A stretch of 64,000 nucleotides of DNA from Acetobacteraceae bacterium (lineage in GTDB: Bacteria; Pseudomonadota; Alphaproteobacteria; Acetobacterales; Acetobacteraceae): the NCBI GenBank assembly GCA_035500775.1, contig DATJWY010000068.1, positions 567-64,566 on the forward strand, read 5' to 3'. Made by a program: the position numbers and the translations under genes. This document shows, one piece after another, positions 18,368-26,624 of the stretch. A model generated the notes under the pieces. That model saw only the letters and a list, made by a program, of their open reading frames with translations. It was not told where the DNA came from and did not search any database. Numbering within the stretch: position 1 is the first letter of the stretch; each line of letters begins with the position of its first letter.

Positions 18368-18456
18368 GGAATTCTCCTCCTCGGTCACCCTCCGGTCCGC
18401 CGGGCCGAGGGGTTGCGAATGGTGATGGCGGCCGGTGTCGTCACTATTAATGGATG

Positions 18457-18483
18457 GCGAAAATTTGCCAAGCGCCTTTTCGC
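18457..18483. promoter_or_regulatory. inverted pair of the GCGAAA box upstream of the ParB-like gene
   Basis: GCGAAAA (18457-18463), 13 nt, TTTTCGC (18477-18483). It lies 90-115 nt upstream of the ATG at 18367. Confidence 0.4.
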
Positions 18484-18590
18484 AAGCGGCCCGATTCTTT
18501 CGTAGCTCCTTAATCGACCTGTGATCCGCGTCTTCGGTCGCCACCAGTGACATCCTTATCCACGGCACGTCAGAGCCTCCGCTGGGGCGA

Positions 18591-18629
18591 TGCGAAATGC
18601 GTGCTAACGATTTTGCGAAATCGTGCTAT
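18591..18629 (+). promoter_or_regulatory. tandem TGCGAAAT-(1-2 nt)-GTGCTA boxes
   Basis: TGCGAAATGCGTGCTAA (18591-18607) and TGCGAAATCGTGCTAT (18614-18629) form a direct repeat with 23-nt periodicity in the divergent region between the ParB-like gene and the 18913 ORF. Confidence 0.45.
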
Positions 18630-18912
18630 GTTCGGAACCGAGAATAGCGGCTTTCCCGGAAAAGACCAGAGCCGTCACGCCGCTTCCTGGGGCGAAGCCC
18701 CCGTAACATGGAAGGAAAAATTCCTGGTGGCCACGCCCTCCCGTAGCATCGTCGAGCATGCTTCCGCCCCGCTCCTGGGGCGGATGGCGGTGGAGGCCGC
18801 CATGCGAATCTCCAACAATAGTGGAGGCGCATATCCACCCGGCGGCAGCCGGGAGCCCATGGCGGCCGGGCCAGAGCGGGCCGCCTTGTCCGAGCCGGAG
18901 ATTGGAGAAGCC

Positions 18913-19314
18913 ATGACCGAGGGTGCACAAATCAATCCCTATTTCGTCAGCCAGAGGATCTCGCTGAGCCGCAACGACGTCATCGACGCCCTGCGTGCCG
19001 CCGTCCTTTCCCGAGCCGGGGAACTGGCGCGATTCGGGGAACCGAACGTCCGTCAGCTCGCGCTCGATGCGAAAGTCAGCCAGAACGCGGGGGTGGATAT
19101 TCTCGGCGTGGTCGCGACGGTGGAGGCGCAGCTCGATGCGGCGCTGGTCGCGGCCCTGTCCCCTCCGGCTCTGTCCGTCCCCGCTCTATCTGGTCCGGCG
19201 TGGCCCGCTTCCGACCATGGTGCGGAGCCTGCCGGCCAGGTGACTTCCAGCCCGGTTCGTGGGGAGCAGGCGGGGCTCCGGCTCGCGGACGAACGCGTCG
19301 AAACGGCGGCCTGA
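18913..19314 (+). CDS. hypothetical protein
   Basis: C-terminal part of track ORF 18547..19314. The ATG at 18913 is preceded by GGAGAAG; an alternative ATG at 18802 is preceded by GGAGG. No family recognised. Confidence 0.4.
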   Translation: MTEGAQINPYFVSQRISLSRNDVIDALRAAVLSRAGELARFGEPNVRQLALDAKVSQNAGVDILGVVATVEAQLDAALVAALSPPALSVPALSGPAWPASDHGAEPAGQVTSSPVRGEQAGLRLADERVETAA

Positions 19315-19385
19315 CCGCGCGCCATCTCCTTGCCCGCGCCGCTCCGTCCGGCCAAAAAGGCCGCGGACGGCGCGAAGGGGACGAC

Positions 19386-20288
19386 GTGCGGAAGATCGTG
19401 TCGGAGGCTGACGGGACGTATCGGGTCATCGTTACCCGCAAGGGGGTGGCGCCGCGCGAGGCCCGTTGCGCCGATGCCGAAGCGGCGCTTGCCTGGGCTG
19501 CGGGGGCTGAAGCGGATCTGCGCCGGAGCACGCTGCGTTTCGGCGGTCAGGCTATCGTCGTGACGGGCGCCTTCTGCTTGCGCGACTATTTCCTTTCCTG
19601 CGGCATTCTTGGCGCGGCAGAGGGCGGTTCCGGCGACGACCTGGCGCTCCGCCTCGCGGATCTGCTCGCTGATGATCTGCTCGGCCTGCCGCTCGCCGCG
19701 ATCGATGGCGCGGTGCTTGCGGCCTTGCGCGTCCGTCGCGGGGAGGGGCGTGCCCCTCAGGCCGTGCTGTTGGAGCAGGCCATGTTGGCGGCGGCCTTTG
19801 CCCGCATGGTGCGGCGGGAATTGACGGGGCTTGAGTTGCCTTACGCCTTGCCGGCGCCGGATGGCATCCGGGTCCTCACGGTCGAGGAGCGGGCGACTTT
19901 GTTACGGATGGCCCAGCGCTCTTTCCATCCGGCTTTTGCCCTGGTGCTCCGCCTCGCTCTCGCCGTCGCCGCCCCGCTGGCCGCGATCTGCGCCCTGGGG
20001 TGGGAGGATCTTGACCTCCGCGCCCGGACTCTCCGCCTCGGCGGATGGCTGGAGCGCCTGCCGCCTGAGATGGCCGACGCCATCGAACATCATGTGCAAA
20101 CCAGCAGTGGCCTGCTCTTCCCGGAAGCGACCGAAGCGCGCGTCGCCTCTGGCCTTGCCGCGCTTGGCCGCCGCCTGGAATGGGGGAATCTGGCGCCGGA
20201 GACTCTGTTGCTGACCGCCTGGCAGGGGCGCTTGCTGGACGGTGCGCACCCGGAGAGCATCGAGCGCGCCCGTGCCGTGCGGCTTTGA
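19386..20288 (+). CDS. tyrosine-recombinase (phage integrase)-like protein apparently lacking catalytic residues
   Basis: GTG at 19386 follows AAGGGGA. The N terminus VRKIVSEADGTYRVIVTRKGVAPREARCADAEAALAWAAGAEADL resembles integrase N-terminal domains. ..LTVEERATLLRMAQ..LALAVAAPLAAICALGWEDLDLRARTLRL matches the box-I region but has no Arg. I see no HxxR or terminal Tyr context in the short C terminus. Confidence 0.45.
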   Translation: MRKIVSEADGTYRVIVTRKGVAPREARCADAEAALAWAAGAEADLRRSTLRFGGQAIVVTGAFCLRDYFLSCGILGAAEGGSGDDLALRLADLLADDLLGLPLAAIDGAVLAALRVRRGEGRAPQAVLLEQAMLAAAFARMVRRELTGLELPYALPAPDGIRVLTVEERATLLRMAQRSFHPAFALVLRLALAVAAPLAAICALGWEDLDLRARTLRLGGWLERLPPEMADAIEHHVQTSSGLLFPEATEARVASGLAALGRRLEWGNLAPETLLLTAWQGRLLDGAHPESIERARAVRL

Positions 20289-20317
20289 GGGGGGTACAAG
20301 CGGCCATCGACGGATTT

Positions 20318-20366
20318 GCGAAAAACACGTGTTCTTGTCTGTTTCGGCTTGAATGATTACGCGAAA
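20318..20366 (+). promoter_or_regulatory. two GCGAAA boxes and a sigma70-like promoter upstream of the bactofilin gene
   Basis: TTTGCGAAAAA begins at 20315 and CGCGAAATGCG at 20360. TTGAAT-N16-TAGAGT (20349-20376) encloses the second box. Confidence 0.35.
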
Positions 20367-20466
20367 TGCGTAGAGTTGCGAGGCAACGGTCCTCGTGCGG
20401 GGCGAATGTGTTCCTCGGGCCGTGCCAGCCTCTCGGCAACTCCAGAATGGAAAGGTCAATCTGTCC

Positions 20467-21117
20467 ATGTTCATGCGCGGCAAGGGCGCTCTCGGGGGCA
20501 ATAACGAGCTTGAGATCACGTTCGAGGGGCGCCGTCCTCTGGAAGAGTCGCGAGAAGCCTTCAGCGAAACGCTGAAGCTCGATGGGGAGATGGCCGAGGC
20601 GCGGCCTGCCGCCGTCCATGCCGCGTCCGGCACGGTGATCATGGCGGGCAGCGTCTTCGAGGGTACGATCAAGTCGAGCGGCCCCATCCGGATCGAAGGC
20701 ATTTTCTGCGGCACGATTTCCGGCACATCGGTCTCGGTCGAGCCCGGCGGACAGATCAGCGGCAGCGTCGAGGCGCTGAGCGTGCGTATCGCCGGCGATC
20801 TCAAGGGCATGGTTGATGCACGCGAAATCGACGTGGTGCGGACTGCCCAGGTCAATGCGGAGCTGACCTATACCGAGATCGCGATCGAGCGCGGCGCGCG
20901 GGTGCGCGGCGTGCACAAGCAGCGTGAGGAAGAGGCGCTGCCTGAGGCCGCCGCGCCCGACATCGCCGCCCATGTGACCAGCCCGATCAGCATCCCCGAT
21001 TTCGACACGGCGCGGCAGAAGGAAGAGGCTCAGAACGTGATCGGGCTCGACGAGCTGAAATCCCGAATCTCCCAACTGGTTCCGGGCCACGCCAAGGCGG
21101 AGGCTGCGGCGGGCTGA
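20467..21117 (+). CDS. bactofilin-family cytoskeletal protein
   Basis: ..GTVIMAGSVFEGTIKSSGPIRIEGIFCGTISGTSVSVEPGGQISGSVEALSVRIAGDLKGMVDAREIDVVRTAQVNAELTYTEIAIERGARVRG.. shows the repetitive beta-helical bactofilin (DUF583) pattern, followed by a Glu/Ala-rich tail. Confidence 0.75.
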   Translation: MFMRGKGALGGNNELEITFEGRRPLEESREAFSETLKLDGEMAEARPAAVHAASGTVIMAGSVFEGTIKSSGPIRIEGIFCGTISGTSVSVEPGGQISGSVEALSVRIAGDLKGMVDAREIDVVRTAQVNAELTYTEIAIERGARVRGVHKQREEEALPEAAAPDIAAHVTSPISIPDFDTARQKEEAQNVIGLDELKSRISQLVPGHAKAEAAAG

Positions 21118-21184
21118 TTCCGGGCGTCGGGGCAGAAACCCGAGGGCCAGGCTTCTTGCTGGCGGCCGGCCGGGAGGCGGGGGG

Positions 21185-21213
21185 GGCGTGCGAAAATAAA
21201 ACAGTCGCACGCC
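21185..21213. terminator. hairpin between the convergent bactofilin and 21224 ORFs
   Basis: GGCGTGCG (21185-21192) pairs with CGCACGCC (21206-21213) around a 13-nt A-rich loop. It is preceded by a G8 run (21179-21186). Confidence 0.5.
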
Positions 21214-21223
21214 AGCCCTGTTC

Positions 21224-21805
21224 TCACGAAGACAGACCGGGGCGTAGGGGCGTTGGCTGATGCGTGGCCAGGCCCGGATAGGGGATTGGTCTTTCACCCA
21301 TGGCCCGCAGCTTTTCATTGGCGGCTTTCACCACGTCGCGTGGGCCGACGCGGTAGCCGCGGAGCAGGTAGGTGCCGCCATGCGATCGACGGGCCAGGCC
21401 ATTGAGCACAATGATCGCCGCCTCGATCGGACCGCGCTCTGCGAGAAGCGTTTCCATCCTGGCTGGTTTCGGCGCCGGACGTGCCTTGCGTTGGTGCGCG
21501 GCGAGGACACGGTCTGCCCGGCGGGCGGCATACCAGGGCTCGAACCCGTATTCACGCGCAAGGCTGCGCACGTCCTCGCCGGCGAGCACACGGGCATCGA
21601 AGGCCGGGCGAAGTTCCGGCGGCAGGCTCTTGCGTCGCTTTCCGCTGTGCGAAGATTCGTTATCAGACACGACAACACCTCTCACGGCCGGCGCGGCCGC
21701 CTCGATGATCTCCCCTTCTGGGTCTGGGAAAAGCCGGTTTTCTACCGGCTTGAGGGATCGCGTTCCGCGCGGCCGGATCGGCGTGGCGGGCGGCGGGTCA
21801 GTCAA
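21224..21805 (-). CDS. hypothetical protein
   Basis: 193-aa ORF with GC3-rich codons, divergent from the flgJ-like gene. The opposite-strand ORF 21260..21835 is Arg-rich and looks like a shadow. No family recognised. Confidence 0.45.
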   Translation of the reverse strand: MTDPPPATPIRPRGTRSLKPVENRLFPDPEGEIIEAAAPAVRGVVVSDNESSHSGKRRKSLPPELRPAFDARVLAGEDVRSLAREYGFEPWYAARRADRVLAAHQRKARPAPKPARMETLLAERGPIEAAIIVLNGLARRSHGGTYLLRGYRVGPRDVVKAANEKLRAMGERPIPYPGLATHQPTPLRPGLSS

Positions 21806-21868
21806 TTCTTAGGTCAAAAACCTTGCAAATCGTGAACAGAATACCGTTGCGCGCGGGTGGGTGAGACG

Positions 21869-22186
21869 ATGCAGACCAGGATCGATGGCGTTGCCGGATT
21901 CAATCCCGTTGGGCCGACGCGGCGCGCGGGCCATGCGCCTGTGCCGCGGAAGCTGGAGCAGGCTGCGCGGCAGTTCGAAGCCATGTTCATGACCGAGATG
22001 CTTCGGCAGGCGCGGCCGCAAAACAAGGCGGCTGGTGCTTTCGCCGTAGGCGATGGCGAGCGTACCTGGAGCACGTTCATGGATCAGGCGTTGGGGGAGG
22101 CTGCCGTCGCCAAGCAAGGCACCGGATTGTTGCGCGAGATCGAGCGGGCGATGCAGGCCGGACAGGGGCGGTCGGGGACGCGGTGA
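21869..22186 (+). CDS. flgJ: rod-binding protein (FlgJ N-terminal-domain-only)
   Basis: ..LEQAARQFEAMFMTEMLRQARP.. is the rod-binding domain signature. The protein is about 105 aa with no muramidase domain. Start at ATG 21869 or GTG 21857. Confidence 0.8.
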   Translation: MQTRIDGVAGFNPVGPTRRAGHAPVPRKLEQAARQFEAMFMTEMLRQARPQNKAAGAFAVGDGERTWSTFMDQALGEAAVAKQGTGLLREIERAMQAGQGRSGTR

Positions 22187-22331
22187 AGCGGCGTCCGGTC
22201 GTGCCGTGCGCTGTTGAGCGGGTGCGCTGCTGCCCCGCCAGGCGCGCCGGCGTAGACGAAACATGGGGGCGGCCGGTTCTGGGCATCTATCCGGCCCGGC
22301 CGCGACGTGCAGCGAGGAGGACAGAGGGACG

Positions 22332-22733
22332 ATGAGCAAGGAAGCGCAAACGCCGGCGCCGACGCTTTCCGGCGCGGCGCGGAAGCTGACCCAGGCGTTG
22401 CGGCGGGAGACCGGGCTGGCTCGTTCCGGCGCCCTGCCGGAACTCGCCGCTGCGGCGGAGGCCAAGGAGGCTGCCTTTCGCCTGTTCCTGGCCGCGCGCG
22501 ATGCGCGGAGCGAGACGGCGCCGGTAGAACAGACCGAGCGTGCGGCGGTGCGGGATTTGCTGGATGCCGCGGACGAGAACGCGCTGGTTCTGGAAGCGGT
22601 GCGGGCGACGCTGGATGACGTGGCGGAGAAGCTTCGCCGCGCGCTGAGTTCGGCTGCTGATCCGGGGCTTTATGGCCCGGCCGGGCGTGGCCCGCGGCAT
22701 ACGCTGGCAGCGCAGGTGGACGCGACAATCTGA
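22332..22733 (+). CDS. hypothetical helical protein, possibly a FlgN-like export chaperone
   Basis: 133-aa Ala/Glu/Arg-rich helical ORF after GAGGAGGACAGAGGGACG-ATG, downstream of the flgJ-like gene. The assignment rests on position and composition only. Confidence 0.35.
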   Translation: MSKEAQTPAPTLSGAARKLTQALRRETGLARSGALPELAAAAEAKEAAFRLFLAARDARSETAPVEQTERAAVRDLLDAADENALVLEAVRATLDDVAEKLRRALSSAADPGLYGPAGRGPRHTLAAQVDATI

Positions 22734-22817
22734 ACTTCCACCGCACGGGTTTCTGGCGAAATCCGTGCAGTCGCCAGGGTTTCGAGGGAGAAGCGGATAG
22801 TCGCCTCAGGGTGAGGT

Positions 22818-22957
22818 TGGATACTGAATATTATAGCGATATATTAAAGAAACGAAAAATCGTTCATAAAAATAAATATTTTGCATTAATCAGTTTTTAG
22901 GGTGGCGGCGGACCGGATATTTTCATTTTAGTCTATGACGGATTATCCACCAAAATA
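22818..22957 (+). promoter_or_regulatory. AT-rich island upstream of the flagellin gene
   Basis: ..GGATACTGAATATTATAGCGATATATTAAAGAAACGAAAAATCGTTCATAAAAATAAATATTTTGCATTAATCAGTTTTTAG.. is strikingly AT-rich against a ~65% GC background. A sigma54-like TGGCGAAATCCGTGCA lies at 22754-22769. Confidence 0.5.
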
Positions 22958-23099
22958 GCGAAAGCCGTTTGCGGTACAAGCTTTACAATGGTGTGCCGTT
23001 TTTGGATCATTCCGTGGTCACTGACCGGGTATAGAATTCTTCCGGCGGCGGCTTGCGTCAGAAGGACGCTCCCGCAAAACCCCCGAATGGGAGCTTCTC

Positions 23100-25046
23100 G
23101 TGGTCAACTCCATTCTCACGAACTACAACAGCCTGGTTGCCCTTCAGAACCTGCAGGCCACGCAGCAGATGCTGGCCCAGACGCAGAACCAGATCTCCAC
23201 GGGTCTGAAGGTCAGCAGCGCGAAGGACGATGCCGCGACCTGGGCGATTTCCACCGCCATGAAGTCGAACATCTCCAATCTGCAGCAGACCAGCGCCAAT
23301 CTGAGCCAGTCGGATTCGGTGGTTGGCACGGCGGTGAGCGCGACCAACACGATCGCGTCGCTTCTGACCAAGATCAGCACGGCCGTTACCTCGGCCGAGA
23401 GCCCGACCGCCAGCACCAGCCTGACCTCGATCCAGAACAACATCAAGAGCTACATCGCGCAGATCCAGTCCACGATCGACGGCTCCTCCGTCAACGGCGT
23501 GAACCTGCTGAACAGCTCTGGCTCGACGCAGTTCCTGGCCTCGGTCAACGCCAACGCGAACGGCACCACGACCCCGACCTATATCAACCTCGCCCAGCAG
23601 AACCTGGCCACCACCGGCAGCGGCGCGCTCGCGGCGCTCAGCTCGCTGAGCGTGCAAGATGTTGGCAGCACCGTCCTCGCCAACGTGACCGACAGCAACC
23701 AGGCCGTGACCTATGCGCCGACGGTCGCCGCCGGTCAGGTGCAGTTCGCCTATACCGATGCCAACGGCAAGGCTCAGAGCATCGGCGTGACGACGACCGC
23801 CGCGACGCAAGCCAACCTCGTCCAGCAGTTGAACGCGAACTCGACCTTCAGTTCGCTGTTCACGGCTACGGCGACGGCGAACTACACCGCCGCGTCGTTG
23901 GGCGTGATCGCCAACGGCGCCACGGCCACCTTCAGCTACACCGATTCCGGCGGCGTATCGCACTCCGTCACGACCGGTAATACCGGGGCGGCCACTGTGG
24001 CGAACCTGATCACCACCCTGAACAACACCGCAGGCTTCTCCAACTACTTCACCGCTTCGTCGGACGGTTCTGCCGGCATCAACATTGACGCCAACAACGC
24101 CGGCATCGCGGCGGGTCTCACGGCGGGTGCGCTGGGGGGAGCTGCTGTTAACGGTGGTACCGCTGTTAACGTGACGCCGAATAGTGGCGCTACGCTTAAC
24201 GGGTCCATCACCATTGAGGCGAAGACCCGTGCTATCGGCGCCAGCAACACAATCGGCGCGCTGTCCGGCGCTGGCGTCGGTGGCGGCACTGTGACTGGAA
24301 CCACCAGCACCACGCTGAACTTCCAGGACAACGAGCCGCTGAGCCTGGGTCAGCAGTTCGCGCTCACCTACAACACCAATACCGCTGCGGTGGCCGGCAG
24401 CACGGCCGACCAGAAGACGGTGATCCTGCAGGTGGCCAACGACGCCAGCGGCACCAGCCTCGGCACCAACTCCAACGGCGATCAGATCATCGCGGTGAAT
24501 TCCGCCGTGGTGACGGCGTTCAACGCCACGGGCGCGCAGATCGCGGGCGAGTTTAAGACTGCCCTGCTCGGCAGCGGCGGCTCGGGTAACACCTCCCTCG
24601 AGACCATCGCCGGCACCAGCGATTTCGATAACGCTGCCGGTGTTGCCAACCGGCTCGGTGTCGCCGTAGCCACCGGCTCCGCGGGCGCCGGCGCGGGTAA
24701 TAGCGCGCTGGTGATCAGCGCGACCGGCGCCGGCACCCAGTTGGTCTCGCTCACGCCGCCGGCGACCAACTACAGCACCCTGCTCAACACGGTGAACACC
24801 GCGACCAACACCGTGACGACCTACGGCGCGCAGCTCGGTTCGGCCCAGAACCAGATCGAGGGTCAGAAAACCTTCGTCGACAGCCTCACCAGCACACTGC
24901 AGAACGCCGTCAGCAACATGATCGACGCCGACATGTCGAGCGAGTCCGCCCGTCTGACCGCGCTGCAGGTGCAGCAGCAGCTCGGCACGCAGGCGCTTTC
25001 GATCGCCAACCAGGCGCCGCAGAACATCCTTTCGCTCTTCAAGTGA
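23100..25046 (+). CDS. fliC: flagellin (large, 648 aa)
   Basis: GTG start after GGGAG. The N terminus is MVNSILTNYNSLVALQNLQATQQMLAQTQNQISTGLKVSSAKDDAATWAIS. The C terminus is ..RLTALQVQQQLGTQALSIANQAPQNILSLFK. A long Thr/Ser/Ala/Gly/Asn-rich central region contains internal repeats. Confidence 0.95.
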   Translation: MVNSILTNYNSLVALQNLQATQQMLAQTQNQISTGLKVSSAKDDAATWAISTAMKSNISNLQQTSANLSQSDSVVGTAVSATNTIASLLTKISTAVTSAESPTASTSLTSIQNNIKSYIAQIQSTIDGSSVNGVNLLNSSGSTQFLASVNANANGTTTPTYINLAQQNLATTGSGALAALSSLSVQDVGSTVLANVTDSNQAVTYAPTVAAGQVQFAYTDANGKAQSIGVTTTAATQANLVQQLNANSTFSSLFTATATANYTAASLGVIANGATATFSYTDSGGVSHSVTTGNTGAATVANLITTLNNTAGFSNYFTASSDGSAGINIDANNAGIAAGLTAGALGGAAVNGGTAVNVTPNSGATLNGSITIEAKTRAIGASNTIGALSGAGVGGGTVTGTTSTTLNFQDNEPLSLGQQFALTYNTNTAAVAGSTADQKTVILQVANDASGTSLGTNSNGDQIIAVNSAVVTAFNATGAQIAGEFKTALLGSGGSGNTSLETIAGTSDFDNAAGVANRLGVAVATGSAGAGAGNSALVISATGAGTQLVSLTPPATNYSTLLNTVNTATNTVTTYGAQLGSAQNQIEGQKTFVDSLTSTLQNAVSNMIDADMSSESARLTALQVQQQLGTQALSIANQAPQNILSLFK

Positions 25047-25052
25047 GGATAG

Positions 25053-25080
25053 GTCCGGGGCCGGCGTGCCGGCCCCGGAC
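25053..25080 (+). terminator. flagellin terminator hairpin
   Basis: GTCCGGGGCCGG (25053-25064), CGTG loop, CCGGCCCCGGAC (25069-25080). This perfect 12-bp stem lies 7 nt after the stop. No T-tract follows. Confidence 0.65.
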
Positions 25081-25204
25081 GCAGCGCCGGAGAGTGCGCC
25101 GGCCACGCGGCAATCGTTCCCCGAGAGGAGTCGGGAAACGCGACCCCGGATGTCCGGCGTCCGCCCGGATGTGAATCGTAACAGGACGAGGAAGAAGGTT
25201 CCGT

Positions 25205-25618
25205 TTGATGTCCTTGTTGGATACGTTCGAACTTCCAATGGCCATGCCGAGAGGCGCCGCCGCTGCTTTTGCCTACGACCGCATCATCCGCGGGATAGAA
25301 ACACCGCGCGATACCGAATATCGCATCTTCACCCACCTTACCGCCGCGCTGGAAGCAGCCGACCAGCCGGATGTGCCGCTTGGTAGTCGTACCGAGGTCA
25401 TCCAACGCAATCGCGAGTTCTGGCTGGCGCTTGGCTACGATCTCGCCCACCCGGATAATTCCCTCCCCGACACGCTGCGCGCTGGTCTGATCAATCTCGC
25501 AATCTGGGTGCAGGGCGAGAGCTCGCGTGCGGTGCGCACCGGCACGAAGCTACGCGATCTGATCGATGTGAACCGCTCGGTCATGGCCGGGCTGAGCCGT
25601 CTTCCGGAGGCAGACTGA
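25205..25618 (+). CDS. flaF: flagellin synthesis regulator FlaF
   Basis: ..AAAFAYDRIIRG..RDTEYRIFTHLTAALEAA..VIQRNREFWLALGYDLAHPDNSLPDTLRAGLINLAIWV.. matches the FlaF family pattern. It is directly followed by flbT. The exact start is uncertain. Confidence 0.8.
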   Translation: MMSLLDTFELPMAMPRGAAAAFAYDRIIRGIETPRDTEYRIFTHLTAALEAADQPDVPLGSRTEVIQRNREFWLALGYDLAHPDNSLPDTLRAGLINLAIWVQGESSRAVRTGTKLRDLIDVNRSVMAGLSRLPEAD

Positions 25619-26079
25619 TGCCGTTGAAGCTTAAACTGGCAGCGCATGAGCAGCTCGTCGTCAATGGCGCCGTCATGATGAATGGCGGCTACCGAGCTAC
25701 CCTGGTTATCCGCAACTATGCGCACATCATGCGCGAGAAGGATGTGTTGCAGGAGCAGGATGCCGATACGCCGACGAAGCGGTTGTATTTCCAGGTGCAG
25801 GCCATGCTGATGCAGCCGCCGCCACCGCCCGAATTGCTCGTGTCATTCCGCGAAAACATGACCCTTTTGCGCACAGCCTATGACAATCCGGAGCAGCTGG
25901 CTGCGCTCGATCAGACGGACGCTTTGGTTGAAGCGGGAGACTACTACAAGGCATTGATGAAGCTGCAACCAGTCATCCGCTATGAGGCGGAATTGCTCGA
26001 CATGCCGGCGCATGAGTGGCGGCGGCCGTCGCACAAAACCCTCTCCAGCCTGGAGTCTCAAAATGGGGCGCCGACCTGA
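25618..26079 (+). CDS. flbT: flagellin translational repressor FlbT
   Basis: MPLKLKLAAHEQLVVNGAVMMNGGYRATLVIRNYAHIMREKDVLQEQDADTPTKRLYFQVQAMLM.. is the canonical FlbT N terminus. Confidence 0.85.
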   Translation: MPLKLKLAAHEQLVVNGAVMMNGGYRATLVIRNYAHIMREKDVLQEQDADTPTKRLYFQVQAMLMQPPPPPELLVSFRENMTLLRTAYDNPEQLAALDQTDALVEAGDYYKALMKLQPVIRYEAELLDMPAHEWRRPSHKTLSSLESQNGAPT

Positions 26080-26142
26080 TCCACCCGAGTGCGGCTGGGA
26101 TAAGAGACCCCGGTGATCGCGCACCAGAGAAGGTCTCGGAAT

Positions 26143-26463
26143 ATGACCGAAGCCGTTAATGCCATCGGCGGAGCCGGCGAGCCGCCTCCTCCCACTCCCT
26201 TGGATACCGGTGTGACGGCCCACAAGTCCGCCAAGACCGATACGGGAGCGGCCAAGGTGCGGGTGGTGGAGCGGCAGAAGGAGGTTCCGGCGCCCGGGCC
26301 GACCTTCGAGGTGATGCTGAACGACAAGACGCTGCGCCTCTACAGTGAGTTGCTTGACCCCACCACCGGCCAGGTGTTGCTGCGCATTCCGGACAGCTAT
26401 TCCGCGGGCCAGGGATCGGACGGCTCCAACACAGGCGCGGGCGGTGTGGAGCAGATCGCCTGA
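26143..26463 (+). CDS. flaG: FlaG-like flagellar protein
   Basis: ..TFEVMLNDKTLRLYSELLDPTTGQVLLRIPDSY.. matches the FlaG C-terminal motif. Start set at the ATG at 26143. Confidence 0.65.
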   Translation: MTEAVNAIGGAGEPPPPTPLDTGVTAHKSAKTDTGAAKVRVVERQKEVPAPGPTFEVMLNDKTLRLYSELLDPTTGQVLLRIPDSYSAGQGSDGSNTGAGGVEQIA

Positions 26464-26624
26464 CGCGCACGGGGCGGAGGCGGGGTGCGCAGCCTGCGCA
26501 TTGGCAGGCCGGGAGAAAAAACCGTTCGGTCTTCTGGGATGGCGAGGGCAGGCGCGCCCGGCCATGAAGGCAAGGCGTTGCCCAGCCTCCCCGGGCGGGA
26601 ATGCGCCAGAGAAGCGAGGCGAAA

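Noticed and set aside
18446-18462. CtrA-type boxes (TTAA-N7-TTAA) as the cluster regulator
   Set aside because: Scanning the TTAA occurrences in intergenic DNA, I found none with a second TTAA at N7. The best is TTAA-N7-CGAA here, and 50611 also fails.
16553-18505. 650-aa plus-strand ORF overlapping the ParB-like gene
   Set aside because: The translation is low-complexity Arg/Gly/Ala/Leu-rich (..GGRDQRLVAEILEQLIDGRRLLGLLVVGLERL..). The minus-strand frame carries the duplicated ParB-like motifs and a strong RBS.
16640-21805. Recent prophage, ICE or genomic island explaining the ParB-like and integrase-like genes
   Set aside because: I saw no flanking direct repeats, tRNA, or phage structural or conjugation genes. 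GC content and codon style match the surroundings. The integrase homolog seems catalytically dead, and the promoters share the cluster-wide box. An ancient domesticated insertion remains possible.
23058-25238. 726-aa minus-strand ORF opposite the flagellin gene
   Set aside because: It is antisense to an unmistakable flagellin and has Arg/Gly-rich shadow composition.
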